A stretch of DNA of 63,824 bases, counting the filler, from Lenisia limosa (lineage: Eukaryota > Protista > Breviatea): NCBI GenBank assembly GCA_001655205.1. It is 12 parts of 12 records of this genome, joined end to end, with 100 filler letters (N's around TTAATTAATTAA, not from the genome) between each part and the next. Parts side by side here need not be neighbours in the genome. Positions count along the whole stretch, not along the records: positions 33,953 to 38,027 come from LPNZ01008828.1; positions 38,128 to 45,905 come from LPNZ01009493.1; positions 46,006 to 53,696 come from LPNZ01007749.1; 9 more parts are not named here. One strand, 5' to 3'. Of the stretch, positions 37,001-50,382 are shown piece by piece (the first letter of the stretch is position 1; every line of letters begins with the position of its first letter). The position numbers and the translations under genes were made by a program. The notes beneath the pieces are model-generated. The model was not told the DNA's origin and ran no database searches. It was given only the letters and a program-made list of their open reading frames with translations.

Positions 37001-37897
37001 ATGATAACCACATGTGTTTATTTGGTATCACTACATACATATGTACAATATACTTTCTTGTTGATAAAACAAGAAATAACCGTGAATGAATGTATGCCTA
37101 CAGAAATGCCCATTTTGAATTGCAGGTAGCGCTGAAGGCGGAGATAGGACTAAAGGGTGAAGAATTGATTGGGGTGATGGAAGAGGGAAAGGCGAAGACT
37201 CAATACAAAGACTGATCCCAAAAAGTACTGAAAACAAATATGTACAAATGGAAGCCACTAAGGTACACCGACCAAACAAAAATCTCAATGTAAAATTCCT
37301 GAATCTTGGAGAATACAAATATCGCAAGATTGCTAGAAATTACTTTTGTTAAAAAAACGGCACTAAACAAATTGAGACTCTTGACTGTCAAACGCAACCA
37401 GACATTGGATTTATCGATTCGTCCAGTGATAACTTAACTTGTTTTTTGAGACTAATTAATTTCAAAATTTGAAGTAAGACATGACCGGTTAACCCAATTT
37501 CAGCCAATTTCAGACACTTAAGTTATCAAATAGTCAAATTAATTTCTCACAAATTAAACGTACATCTTAGTTACTTTTTGCGACCCCTCTCTCCCCCAAG
37601 TCATACCGGTCGGAAGTTGTGGGACCATTCACTGATGCAATGCGCCTCATCCACACAGGCAAACTGTGGGGTGAAAAGGAGGGAAAGAGGAGGAGGTAAC
37701 AAAGAAAACTCCCATGGGAGGTACAGCGGATGCTAACACACTACACTTCAACATATTTGCATATTCAGAGGCGAAAGAAAGAGACCTCTACTCACAGCTG
37801 GCTGCCTTGACCACATTTTTACTTGGCGGACAAACAACTCGGTACAAGCTTTCTCGGGGGAAACGAAGATGACGTCGTATTGTCCGTTTCGACAGCC
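34034..37897 (-). CDS. RECQL4: RecQ-family helicase, RECQL4-like; N-terminal motifs not visible
   Basis: [27 protein letters not shown] (motif II), ILALSATAT (III), SILVYVGRQ (IV), [19 protein letters not shown] (V), [14 protein letters not shown] (VI). C-terminal [24 protein letters not shown] and [16 protein letters not shown] resemble RECQL4. The family call is secure; the subfamily call is from memory. Confidence 0.85.
35033..35132. mobile_element. Family C MITE in a RecQ intron
   Basis: CAGGGCTTCCCTTCGG...GAGAAGCCCTA. A second partial copy lies at about 35403-35460. Confidence 0.8.
36328..36420. repeat. 17-bp minisatellite, about 5 copies
   Basis: Unit AAAGTGGGTTGACA(A/T)AT. Confidence 0.9.
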
Positions 37898-38339
37898 CTG
37901 GAGTGGTCAAAAAAAAGAGAAGTTTTTCAAATGCAACGCGTAAATCAACCATAATTGAATTTCATGTAGGACAATGCCAATTCCAAGGAAATCCTGCGGA
38001 TGTGATGTCTCATTAGGTTATGCTATANNNNNNNNNNNNNNNNNNNNNNNNNNNNNNNNNNNNNNNNNNNNTTAATTAATTAANNNNNNNNNNNNNNNNN
38101 NNNNNNNNNNNNNNNNNNNNNNNNNNNGGATGAAGAATATTGGCGTAAAGGCACTAATCACGAACCAAATAATCTGAAATCCCAAAAAAAATAATAATAG
38201 CAAAAACAAACACGAGCAACCAACGCTAGAAGACAAGGTAAGAAATGGAACATTAATGCAACAACAAAAACAAAACACCAATAAATCAACATCATAATGT
38301 GATTGACAGATAGTACGTGATAAAACTCTTTCTGCCGTT

Positions 38340-41256
38340 ATACTTGCTTACAGTGCGAACAGAGGGGGAACTGCTTGACGTTTCTGAAATCTGCAGATCG
38401 TAAGAAAACTGACCAAAAATAGACGAAAAAACCACAGCAATACGAACGTGCCTATGGGAAATACACCCCCGTATCATGTCATATTATGATATACAAACAC
38501 CACCAAGATATTGGATCATTTATAGTAATATAACAATAACTTACCTATATTTGCCTTACAACTCTGTGCCCACAGTTTTCTGTGTGTATATGCATGCACC
38601 CCCCAATGCACCCCCCCACTGAGACGCTATTGGTCCTTCCGATACTTCGAGGCAGCAGATACCTCTCCAAAAGTCCGATAGGTGACTTGTGGGGGTCTAA
38701 GCAGATAAGGATCTGTGGGGGTCTAACAGGATTTGACTGATAGTCCTTTTAGTTCAACGTATCAATATGATCATTTCGTTAAGTACTCATAGAGCTCGGT
38801 CAGAAGTTTGGACAAATATCGATGTTATAAGGGCTTCCTTCCGGTATTATTTATTCATAGCCGATTTATCGCGAAAAAGTACCCACCTTTTGCAACACAT
38901 TTATCAGTGACGCTTCGAGGCAGGAGGTCCAAAAAGTTGCGGTCAGCCTTGTCCATCAGACACACATGTATAAATTCAAGTAGAAACATAAGATGCACAG
39001 AAAGCAAGATGTAGAAATGCAAGATGTAGAAATGCAAGATGTAGAAATGCAAGGTGTAGAAATGCAAGATGTAGAAATGCAAGATGTAGAAATGCAAGAT
39101 GTAGAAATGCCACTCTAAGGGTATTCGCCCCACTTGTCCTTTACACACACCCTTCTTCACTCACTTTCCTCTTCCACCCTTCTTCACATATGGTATCTAC
39201 AATAGCCTCTCTTAAAAGCGTGGCGGTGTGGACGGTTTTGGCCAGATACAACCTTATTTTTTATTTGTCATTGTTATACATATCCTAGAGATCCCCCACT
39301 CCCCCTCACTTTCCCTTTGTCCCTACCTGTACTTTGCCCCAGGGTGAGGTTGACGTGAGTATCTGAGCAGCCACGACCGGCAAGCCTGTTACCTAAATGA
39401 TCAGGCTTGGATGACGTCATTTCAAAGACATAAGAGCCCGAAATATCTGAAGGTGTTATGATTAGAGGTAATACACCCAAAAGGTGAGACTACATATCAT
39501 ATCATATGCGATAAGACAGGTGGTGCAAAATGGGAAAAGTACATGTATTGCCATCTTGCAGAAATAAATTTGTATTGATTTGTCTGCCTCTCAAAACACA
39601 ATAACAACCTACCACTATTTCAGTCAAAAAAGAACTTCCATTTCCCCGATACTGAGAGTTTTGGTTTGAGGTGCGAAATAAGGCAACAGGCTACAGTACC
39701 TACTGATACTCCAGCCTAAGGGATGAGTGATAGAGAGCGATAGAAAGTGATAGTAGAAAGAGGGGAGTTATGAAGAACCGACCTTGACGCTCCCAATGCC
39801 TTTACGCTCAACCATATTGAGGATCTCTTGCAGGATCAAAAACACAGAGTAAGCACTGAGTTCGTTTGAAAACAATCCCACCGCGAACATAAAACTAGGG
39901 AGTGAACAATTGGGAAATGACACGGACGTTTAATTTAATATTATCAACTACTGTGTTCGACTTCAATCATATACTTAGGACAGCATAATATTATCTCATA
40001 TAGTACTATATATAGCTACATGATATTTCTATTGTGATCTACATAGTGTTGGTCCTCATTTTCGCTTTAACAAGATAAATCATGTCGATATGTAATACAG
40101 TATATTTAAAACAACACCAATAGAAAACAGCAAAACAAGTCGCCCACTCACCCATTTGGGGACACTTCGATACGATGACAGTTTTCGTCCCTGTCCAGGA
40201 TCTGAAAAGGTTAACATTATAGTTTCTTACTCCTATAAATATCGATAAATCTGCACAAAAGCCTCCCAATCTTAGTTGGAAAAGTAAATGTCATATTAAT
40301 ACTATATATTATGTATGTATTATATGATTATATACACACATATATATATATATATATATATGTTGGTGTGATCTGAATTGAAAAAAAAAAAAATCATCCT
40401 ACGTTAATACTTGATAAAACCACTATAAATAACAACTGAATATGATAACTTATGCACATGGTAGAAGATTTCAGTTTGACCAAAAATTAACTATCATATT
40501 CATAAAAGTTATACCATTTTTATTCCAAAGAAGAAAGGCTTAAAAAATCGGTACAACTAGGCACCCCTTTTACCAGGTCAATTCCCTTATAGATCCGTGC
40601 GGACATAGCACTCCACGCTTCCCTCGATTCTCTCTGTGTCCTTGCAGAGGGCGGTGCTAGCTCAATCTGAAGGCGTTGGAAAGATCGTATCAAGTGTTAT
40701 ATCACGTGTACTATGACATGACCATTTACTTAATACCTAAATAAGTACATTGCGTATACCATATTTCATAATGATAACATAAATCTATAAAAATGTACTT
40801 AAACAATCATATCTAGTAACAATGTGGTAAACTGTATCATATAATAACATGTATGTATCATATTATCAATAATCAACATTCCTTACCCCCCCCNNNNNNN
40901 NNNNNNNNNNNNNNNNNNNNNNNNNNNNNNNNATTGCTCTTGTTTTGTTGCAAGGTTTCGCCCTAAAAAGTAAACTCCAAATGAAGCAAAATTCAATATA
41001 TTGCCCCACCGCCCCGCCCTCTGCAAGGACACAAGATCCTAAAAACTGTGATGTGGAAAGCCCTTTTCTGGCCATTGATTGAGAAAATAATGTCAGAAAT
41101 ACAGTTATCGCCACCGCCATATTGTCCATACGTTCTATCGAGATAAAAACGAACCTTGTGTATTATTTTTAGAACAAAAAATGAAGCTCCAATAAAATCC
41201 CCCATGATCCCCCCACCCTCTGCAATCCCGCCAGTGCCGTGCCGGGATACATAACT
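38340..41256 (-). CDS. Scattered putative exons of one or more hypothetical genes
   Basis: Segments ending at GT(GGGG) donors, e.g. LMDKADRNFLDLLPRSVTDK, ILQEILNMVERKGIGSVK, IELAPPSARTQRESREAWSAMSARIYKGIDL. A frame-consistent model could not be built, and no RecQ motif I was found here. Confidence 0.3.
39003..39110. repeat. 15-bp minisatellite, about 7 copies
   Basis: Unit AAATGCAAGATGTAG. Confidence 0.92.
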
Positions 41257-41579
41257 CNNNNNNNNNNNNNNNNNNNNNNNNNNNNNNNNNNNNNNNNNNN
41301 NNNNNNNNNNNNNNNNNNNNNNNNNNNNNNNNNNNNNNNNNNAACAAAGCCTGAATTGTTATTGAAGCCTTCGATGGGACAACAATTCAGCGCATTGATA
41401 CAAATATAGTGATCCATTTCGGTTCATATATCCGTTGTTCGAGTAATATAACCCAACCAAACTACATAATTTGCACCAATACCGTCCAATACAACCGATA
41501 GCCGGTACATTTGTCAGCAATGTCACAGTAAATCTAATTCAACCCGAAGCAAGCACAAGAAAAAAAGATAATGGATCCC

Positions 41580-43703
41580 TTCAAACCATGGAGAATCGTT
41601 TAGCCATGTACTGCAACTGCCTTTTACGGAAGAACTGCACTGTCACCGATGCCGCCACCACCAAGACCCCCTAAAATGTTATTTATAGCATTCTACCCTC
41701 ATAATCCCCTAGGATAGATATTCAAGATGTTTCCCATTTGTGTGTTTAATATTCCCCAATACCTCATTCCTGAAATATACTATGATACACATTACTCCAA
41801 CACATTGAACATTATTTAGCAAGCGTTCGGTACTAGGGACAACTATTACCAGTTCCAACATATATTTCCTTTGATTTCAAGGTGTATTATATGATAAAAC
41901 TTCAACTGCAATTGTAGGACCGGGGTGAGTACAAGACACCAATGTCGTAATTTTATTTTTTATAAAAATTGCAATTAACGTTATATGATCTGCTGTGAGT
42001 ATAAGTAAAGTCTTAGTTGTACCCACAGAGAAGAGGCGAACAATGAAGCAGGTAAATGGCTCTTCACACACCACACTGGAAAGTGCCAGGTACACCATGG
42101 TCTGGCACTGGGGGGGGGGGGGGGAAAANNNNNNNNNNNNNNNNNNNNNNNNNNNNNNNNNNNNNNNNNNNNNNNNNNNNNNNNNNNNNNNNNNNNNNNN
42201 NNNNNNNNNNNNNNNNNNNNNNNNNNNNNNNNNNNNNNNNNNNNNNNNNNNNNNNNNNNNNNNNNNNNNNNNNNNNNNNNNNNNNNNNNNNNNNNNNNNA
42301 GGTTCGAATATCATAAAATAGGATTAAAAACACAAGAGGGGACATGTACATAATTTAATTCTAAACCTCACAACATAATAATCTTAAAACCCGAACGTTC
42401 CAAAAACAAGTGACAGGCAGCAAGATCAATTAATAAAAGTTCGTGTACGTTGTCCTGTATATGCTTGGGTCCGACTCCACCGGTACAGATTGCCCCGGTA
42501 AACTAATAGTATGCCAGAATCACAATCTTAATATTACTTTAAGGGGTGGTTATCAGACATACTATTCACTGTTCATTAAAGTGGAGTTTGGTTGCATATG
42601 GTAACAAAGTATTGCACAGATGCAAATGTAATACTAAACACACGGGGTGCGTAGAGCTGAATGTAATTGTTTTAGTTGCCAACAATAACCACGATTAAAG
42701 GTGTTGGCTAAAAAAAAATAAAAAAATAGTTGAAGCTATGGCTATGAGTATATCGGGTACCATTAAAACACAAATTTTTAATACAACATTCTTAATAAAA
42801 AAGCTATTCTAAAACATGAGGGAGCCTACAATAAAAATGCCGGCGTTGGCAGAACATGGAGACGGTGAAAACGTGATTGTAGCCATGAGGGTGAGCAAGA
42901 AGAACGAGAAGGCTACCGAGTCGTAGGGATCCAGAAGGAGCAGGTCCATGAAGAGGTAGAAGAGGAATATCTGTTACAGGGGTCACCAAATGATGGAAAT
43001 GTTATCAGTGTCACTATCGGAGATGGAAATGTTTCGAGAATCCTGATAGGGGAATGATATTCGTAATGTAAAGCGTTTTCAAATACGACAGCGTTCAAAC
43101 ATGACAATTCAGATAGCTCAATCGGATATATGTAATTCGGACCAGTTTAGAGAGCAGGGGTGGAGGCGGATGTAAGCGGAGAACAAGGAATCTGCAAACC
43201 TCGCATAATGTCAGGCCGACAGAAAGCGAACCGATCCAATCACTTGGCAGCGTGAGGCTCACGAGATAGAGCGAGATCCCAGAGAACGCAATGAGGATCG
43301 CAAGAAGACTCTAGAAAATGTGACGGGGAGCAGTGTACCTACAAAGGCTTCATAAGTTAGAAGGTAGTAGCACAGAAAGGTACTCCAGAGCAGCGAGCAG
43401 GAGAGACAGAGGTCTGAGTGAAGCCTCTTTGAAAAAAGCTGGACCAGAGCCGTTCCTTCCGGACTTATGGTCTGTAACTTATCACTGTCCATTTATTTAT
43501 GGTGTACCGCAGGGGGCTACATTGCGGAAGCTGCACAATCCAAAGATTCCGACCTTCACCCTAATAATAGCTCTCTCAATTCTATCTATATCCAACAACT
43601 GTTAATATCGGTGAAATCATATTACCTTGCTGCTGCTCTGACCTGGCTCTGGCTGCAGTAATAATTGTCCTCTATACTGTCGGAAGCGGAACTGGCAGTT
43701 CAT
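41580..43703 (-). CDS. Hypothetical multi-pass membrane protein
   Basis: Hydrophobic exons SLLAILIAFSGISLYLVSLTL, IFLFYLFMDLLLLDPYDSVAFSFFLLTLMATITF, VLVVAASVTVQFFRKRQLQYMAKRFSMV*. Start and some junctions are uncertain. Confidence 0.45.
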
Positions 43704-43885
43704 TTTTAATTTATGAAAATATTAATTTTTCCGCACACGCTTTTAGCAAATAATACAATTAATACATGAATTTATACATAAATTTTGAGAAAGATGTTGT
43801 GTCACACATAACTACCTTGAGTTTGCTCAACTTTTTCTAATTCTAAGGCACCTCGAGTTCCTGTTGGATCTGATCTGTGTTTATA

Positions 43886-45506
43886 ATGGAAGATGAGGTT
43901 AGATGGGAGGGGTAACGGCTTCGTTCTCGTTCGCTTCTCATAGATCGGCCCGTTCTTCAGTTCTCTTACCCTGATAGGCTCTCAAGACGGAAAACCGGCA
44001 GCTTAGAGCAGCAGCAAGACTTCATCATCATGAAAGAAGAAGTAATGTTCCTGTATGCGGGGCGTCCTCTTTGGTTTCCCAATTTCAAAAGATGTGCGCT
44101 TCTCACCCCTGACGCCTCTCTCTACTATTCTCCCATCGCACCACAACGTCCATTTGAGATTTGTCATGTAAATCATGTAAATCAAATATTTAAGGGTTCA
44201 CAAAAAGGGATACGGAGACTGGTTTGTGTTTTCCTGCTTTCTCTTTTCACTGTATTGACGACATATTTTTTTTCCTGTATTGACGTCTTATTGTTTTCCT
44301 GCTTTCTCTAATTCTTTGGAGTTTCAGATTATTCGGTTCGTGATTAGTACCTTTCCGCCAATATTCTTCATAGAAATTTCCTTCGTTTTACCGAGTTGAT
44401 TTGGTCTTTTCTATTTCATAACTTTTCCAATTTTACCCCCCCCCCCCGCAGGTACCTAGTGCGGATCTTCCAAAGCCTCCCGGACCTGTTATAAGAATGC
44501 CAAAACATGATAAAAGTGGGGGATTGGTGCGAAAACTGGGGTTCCGGGTTTAAGGTCCAGAAAATGGTGACAGATATCTGAACTCAGACTTACGGTAACT
44601 AATCATATCACATCTTTTTCTAGAATTGAACAAAGATCAATATGCATTTGGTTGTCATACCTTGTGTGTTCACTTTTGTCATTAATAATTACTTTTACAC
44701 TAAATCTAAATCGCAAGTCACATTCGGTTAAGGTCCGTTCTGTTCTTCCACTCTGACAGGCTTTGGAACTATAACCTGCTTGGACTTATTATGTTGGACT
44801 AGTTAAATCTTTTGCGACTCCAACCTGCTTTAAGGACTTACCATGTTGGACTAGTTAAAGCTTCTACGACTCCAAATTCAACATAAGTTATTGAGGAAAT
44901 TACCTGATTAACTTGCCAAGGTCGTGGAGTGACCAACATGGGTATGAAGCCTCGGCCGTTCCCCAAAAGTGAGGATAGATCTTCCCTTGGCCATCGCTCG
45001 CGTAACAGCGCGTCTCTGCAGAGTACTGGTAAGCGGATACACAAGGGAAACCGTTATGATAATGGTAGGCGATACGCCCGGCTTCATGTGTATCTAAATG
45101 TTATGTGACTTTAATGTGTATTTTCATGTTATGTGTTCTTGATGTGTATCTTCATGTTAACAGAAATCAATTGATTTCGAGTATTTTACTCCTTCATTCC
45201 TTCATCCCCCCCCCCCCCCCNNNNNNNNNNNNNNNNNNNNNNNNNNNNNNNNNNNNNNNNNNNNNNNNNNNNNNNNNNNNNNNNNNNNNNNNNNNNNNNN
45301 NNNNNNNNNNNNNNNNNNNNNNNNNNNNNNNNNNNNNNNNNNNNNNNNNNNNNNNNNNNNNNNNCATAAATCTTCCATTTTACCTCCCGCCATCCTTATC
45401 CATAGGCCATGTTTCCAACAGCGCGTTGCTGCACCGAAGTAACGGACTTCCGCGAAGACCGGTGGCGGCCACATCCGCCTCTGCGCCGCCGCGTAGGGGG
45501 CTTTAA
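43886..45506 (+). CDS. Small hypothetical low-complexity protein
   Basis: MEDE|ALKTENRQLRAAARLHHHERRSNVP|VPSADLPKPPGPVIRMPKHDK|...GHVSNSALLHRSNGLPRRPVAATSASAPPRRGL*, with GT-AG junctions. Confidence 0.45.
44300..44451 (+). repeat. Family B followed by the 3' part of family A, ending at an acceptor
   Basis: GGAGTTTCAGATTATTCGGTTCGTGATTAGTACC...CGTTTTACC, then GAGTTGATTTGG...TTTTCCAATTTTA(C)n GCAG|. Confidence 0.85.
44770..44875. repeat. About 52-bp tandem duplication
   Basis: AACCTGCTT...GGACTTA..ATGTTGGACTAGTTAAA...CGACTCCAA, two copies. Confidence 0.8.
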
Positions 45507-45532
45507 AAACTTTTTGTGCAGTAAAGACTCAA

Positions 45533-45607
45533 TTGAAACTAGGATCATAAAGAAGTTTTTGTTGAAACTAGGATCATAAGGAAGTCTCTATTGAAGCTAG
45601 GATCCAA
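45533..45607. repeat. 30-bp tandem repeat, about 2.5 copies
   Basis: TTGAAACTAGGATCATAA(A/G)GAAGT units. Confidence 0.8.
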
Positions 45608-46866
45608 GATATCCGGCGGCTGAACTNNNNNNNNNNNNNNNNNNNNNNNNNNNNNNNNNNNNNNNNNNNNNNNNNNNNNNNNNNNNNNNNNNNNNNNNNN
45701 NNNNNNNNNNNNATTGTAGTAAAAGCACTGACTTATAGTGTTGCACAGTAACACTGATATAGTATTTTAGCAATAACACTGACCGACCTTATAGTGTTCT
45801 ATGAGACGCTGCTTCAAATGGAGGGTGCTGAAGGAGGACCACCATCGTCCGAGTCAAGGTTTCACGCAGTCCCCCGCGCAACTCCAATTAAGCCTGTTTT
45901 GACTGNNNNNNNNNNNNNNNNNNNNNNNNNNNNNNNNNNNNNNNNNNNNTTAATTAATTAANNNNNNNNNNNNNNNNNNNNNNNNNNNNNNNNNNNNNNN
46001 NNNNNCTGTTGAAGTCCACACGCTTGGCGAATGAATGAAAACGCATTTGACTGAAGCTCTGCAGAATAAGTTGCGTAAAATATTCAGCACGCATAATACA
46101 CCTTGATCCATAATCAGTATAGTATATAATATATCATTTATGATAGGATAATTCTTATGCGATAAGAATAATGAAACAATATGACAAGCACCCAATAAAT
46201 AATTAATGTGTAATCAGCCGAAGTGCAGCATCTCAATAAGTCACAAATCAGCAGCCTACCAGTAACAGAGAGCGCTGGAACTAAATAAATTAGAAATAAA
46301 AAAAAAAAAAAAAAAAAAAAAANNNNNNNNNNNNNNNNNNNNNNNNNNNNNNNNNNNNNNNNNNNNNNNNNNNNNNNNNNNNNNNNNNNNNNNNNNNNNN
46401 NNNNNNNNNNNNNNNNNNNNNNNNNNNNNNNNNNNNNNNNNNNNNNNNNNNNNNNNNNNNNNNNNNNNNNNNNNNNNNNNNNNNNNNNNNNNNNNNNNNN
46501 NNNNNNNNNNNNNNNNNNNNNNNNNNNNNNNTATGCAGATAAAAAAGGGGGTGGAAATTAAATCTATCACCTTTCTATTTAAATTATCAAGCTTGACATG
46601 AAACAAGGAAACAAAAAGTAATTATTCTTTAAATTGTTACCATAACCCCTTACGCTGAAATGCGAAACGAAAAAGTATCAGGAGGCGATAGGAGATGGTA
46701 TTTGGCCTGAAAGGGATAAATGACCACTTGAGGCAATTATGAGAATCAATTAAAATAAAACGGAATAATAATGTAATTAATGTTCAGGGCAAATAGGACA
46801 ATTGAAGTTATATTCAGTATTGCCCTCCAACAGCAGCCACAATAGCTCTTGAGATGATGTGGGAGT

Positions 46867-47710
46867 TCATGAGTGCTTGGCTTGGTCCTTGACCCCTCGA
46901 AGAGGCATGGAGAATAGTGGCTCTTCGTGAGATGCCTTCATCGGAATGAACCGCTGAGGGGGGGGGGGGTCAAAAAAAAAAAAAAANNNNNNNNNNNNNN
47001 NNNNNNNNNNNNNNNNNNNNNNNNNNNNNNNNNNNNNNNNNNNNNNNNNNNNNNNNNNNNNNNNNNNNNNNNNNNNNNNNNNNNNNNNNNNNNNNNNNNN
47101 NNNNNNNNNNNNNNCGGGAATAAACGCAAATGTTGAAAACAAAACCAAGATTTTAACTGCAGTAAACACAAAATTGGACAGATTTTTTGAGGGTCAAGCT
47201 GTGAAAATTGCAAAGCTCCACCATACTTCATACAAAAACCTGTCAAAACAGACCCTACTATAATGATACAAGAAACTCTTCGACAAACTGGCTAATAAAC
47301 CATCAAAGGACTTCCTCTTCACATAAACTCAAAACAAGACAAAAACGAGATCAAGACGAGGTATCTCCAAAACCCCCCTGTCCAAATCCGAATAAAAAAA
47401 AAAACAATCATTTTGATGATTGACATTTGTCCCCCTTACAATGAGAGTATGGAGATGTCAAGTTATTCTCAGATGAAGCATGGACTATTGTGCTTCCCCG
47501 TGGCCTCTGACCCGGCGCACTCCCTCCAAAGAGCTCCTGAGAACCAAGAGTGACAATGTTCTCATGGTGCCCCGAAGTAACCTGTTCAGAGTAAGTTCCC
47601 AGCAATCCAAGGCCTGAACTCACAGTGACCCCTGAAAATACGTGAGTTCTTCGTCTGGCTAATACTGTCGGACTTTCGCTTTCGAAGAAGCGGTCATCTT
47701 CCTCGCTCAT
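46867..47710 (-). CDS. Hypothetical Ser-rich protein, 5' part
   Basis: MSEEDDRFFESESPTVLARRRTH|ELFGGSAPGQRPRGSTIVHASSENNLTSPYSH|..., head-to-head with BUD32. Confidence 0.45.
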
Positions 47711-47978
47711 TTCATCCCTTCATCTTTGAAAAACAGAACACTCAACTTAGTCCATTTCTCTCCTTTAAACTCAATAAATAGCTTATATATGTCGTTTAAC
47801 GCCCCTAAGGATCAAAAGTCGTGTTTTGTTGATGTTGGTTGATTTGAAATTTATATGGACACTTTCATGGGGTATACACCGGTGAGTCTTTATTCCAGTT
47901 CATTCGAAAACCACTCCTCTTCAATATCAATCTCAATATCAAACATTTAGAAGGTATTACAAATAAACGATAGGAAAG

Positions 47979-49756
47979 ATGTCAGATTTGAAGATTATCA
48001 GCCAGGGAGCAGAAGCGGTAGGTTTGGCCTTGCGCTCTCTTGTACTTATTTGTGTAGAAGGTGTACCGTGGAAAGTTCAACGGCAAATCAGTGATCGTAA
48101 AGGAGCGTTTCGCAAAGCAATATCGTCACCCTGAGCTTGATAAGTCCATCACTGCAAGCCGTCTTCATGGCGTATGATGAGGGATCACTACGTGTTGTGT
48201 TTAAAAATAGGATCCTGCTTGTTCTTTATAATATTATGAAGAGTGAGGTATGGAGCTTTCCCCCTCTTGAACATTATGCTTTTCCTCTCAGATCCTGCGG
48301 ACAAAAACGCTTGAATTCGAATTCGAGAGTCCCTCTTCGTTTATCAGTTTATTTTTTGTTTCTGTTGAATTTGTACAATTATAAGACTATTTTTTTTGGA
48401 ATATCTAGAATCTTCTACCCACCCACACCCATCTTCTGTCTGATTTCTCCAGGAAGTGCGCAGTATGGTCAGAGCAATGAAGGTAAGATAATGTGCCTTA
48501 CGGATTCCTTTTTTTCAAGATTTAAAAGACATGTAAAGCACCTGTTAAGCTTCAATCCATCACCTGTTCAGGCTGGAGTTGACGTGCCGGCCCCACTCTT
48601 TGTCGATTCCAAAAACTCTAGGTACGCTGGACTTCCTTTCAAAGGGACTTCTTTTGTTCTTTTTCTTGTTTATTACAGTATATCTTATAAGGGATTTTTT
48701 AGTATGGACTTTTTGACCAGATACCTATGTCTTTTTCCTGATTTTATATCTTTATCTAGGTCCTCACGACAGACCTAATAAGACTAAGTTTATCATATAT
48801 ATTAGCATTGATGAATCTCAACGTCCAATAACGTTTTAGAATTTTCATGGAAGACATTCCAGGCCTGACTATTAAGCAGCTTCTCTGGAATAACACTATT
48901 GATCCCGAAAGTAGGCTGATTTGTTGGGTAAAAATTGTTACCGCTCACAATGGGGTTTTCTTCCATTCGATATGGTTTTCTTTCCTTTATTTTTTCATGG
49001 TAAAATTAACCCATTTTCAGCTGCTGCTGCTCAAATCGGCCTTGAGGTTGCGAAGCTTCACAACAACTCCATCATCCATGGAGATCTGACAACTTCTAAT
49101 CTCTTCCAAAGATCTTGTGGACGACTGGTGGGTATCTTTACGATTACTAAATGTTGTTTAAAATTTAGTTAAGTGTGATTTAAGCTAGAAAACAAAGCTG
49201 TACGCTTGATGGACCATTTATTGCTTTTGTATAATGTATTCTAGGTTGTTCTTGATTTTGGCCTTTCATACCAGTCCACCCTTGTCGAAGATATGGGTAA
49301 GATATTTGAGAGTTGTCATTATTTTTATTAAATACTCCCTCTTCCCCCCCCTTTTTTTTTGATATTTTCAGCCGTCGATATCTACGTTCTTGAGCGGGCG
49401 TTTTTGTCTACCCATCCCAACTCTGAGGAGCTTGTAGGAGGGATTGCAATTTTGAGATCAGATACATATGATATGTACTGTATATATTATGTATCCGTAC
49501 TTGTATCTGTAGGTGTTTTTTATTATTATTTAGTCATCAATACCTTTGTTTTTGTTGGAAAATATGGATTTCACTCACAGAGGCTCCTCAAAAGACTGTA
49601 TTTATTACTCTTTTATCGAGACTTGTCTTCATAATATTTGGGCCAAGTGTCAATGCAGTCTCTCTTGAGACCTTATCGCTCAGATGGCTGCTGTTCTTGC
49701 TGCCTACTCCAAGCACGCCAAAACAGCCAAGCAGGTCCTGTCTCGTCTTGATCTCG
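47979..49756 (+). CDS. BUD32: EKC/KEOPS complex kinase BUD32/TP53RK; last exon not seen
   Basis: MSDLKIISQGAEA|KVYRGKFNGKSVIVKERFAKQYRHPELD...|EVRSMVRAMK|AGVDVPAP...|LHNNSIIHGDLTTSN|VVLDFGLS...VEDM|AVDIYVLERAFLSTHP. The terminal RGRKR exon probably lies in the 50037-50128 gap. Confidence 0.95.
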
Positions 49757-50382
49757 GTTTGCCCTTTTATGCATTCATGTGGAGTCACTTTCAGTTCTAA
49801 AATGCAATTCCTTTTCTATTATTGAGTCTTTTTTTAGAACTGAAGTGAATTTCCATTCATCCACCTTAATAAGCCTTTTTTTTTTTTTTTCTAATACATC
49901 CATAGAATCAAAGAGGACCTAAATGAATGAAGTTAATGATATTGTTTAGTATAGAATATACTATCAGGTATTTGTTAAATAAATACTATCATAGGATACA
50001 TACAATCTTCAATGATTAATGCTAATTTGCTTTTTTNNNNNNNNNNNNNNNNNNNNNNNNNNNNNNNNNNNNNNNNNNNNNNNNNNNNNNNNNNNNNNNN
50101 NNNNNNNNNNNNNNNNNNNNNNNNNNNGGCTAGATCATTTACCTTGTTACTTTTCGTTCGGTTATATAGACCTTTTTCCTTTTCTTGCACATCAACCTCA
50201 GCTGATTTTGGAGCAAGACGTTGACAGTATATCATACTAAATGTATAAATGTTCTTAAACTTACCAACAAACCGATAAATCAGCGTTGAGTATGCAGGTC
50301 AAATAATCAGCGTTGAGCATGCAGTTCAAATAGTGTCTTTGTCTTCTAAGTTGGTGTAAAGAATAAAGACGTAGAAATTGAG

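Noticed and set aside
48137-48778. 213-aa ORF, the longest in the track
   Set aside because: It runs through BUD32 introns and exons in mixed frames and is not a separate gene.
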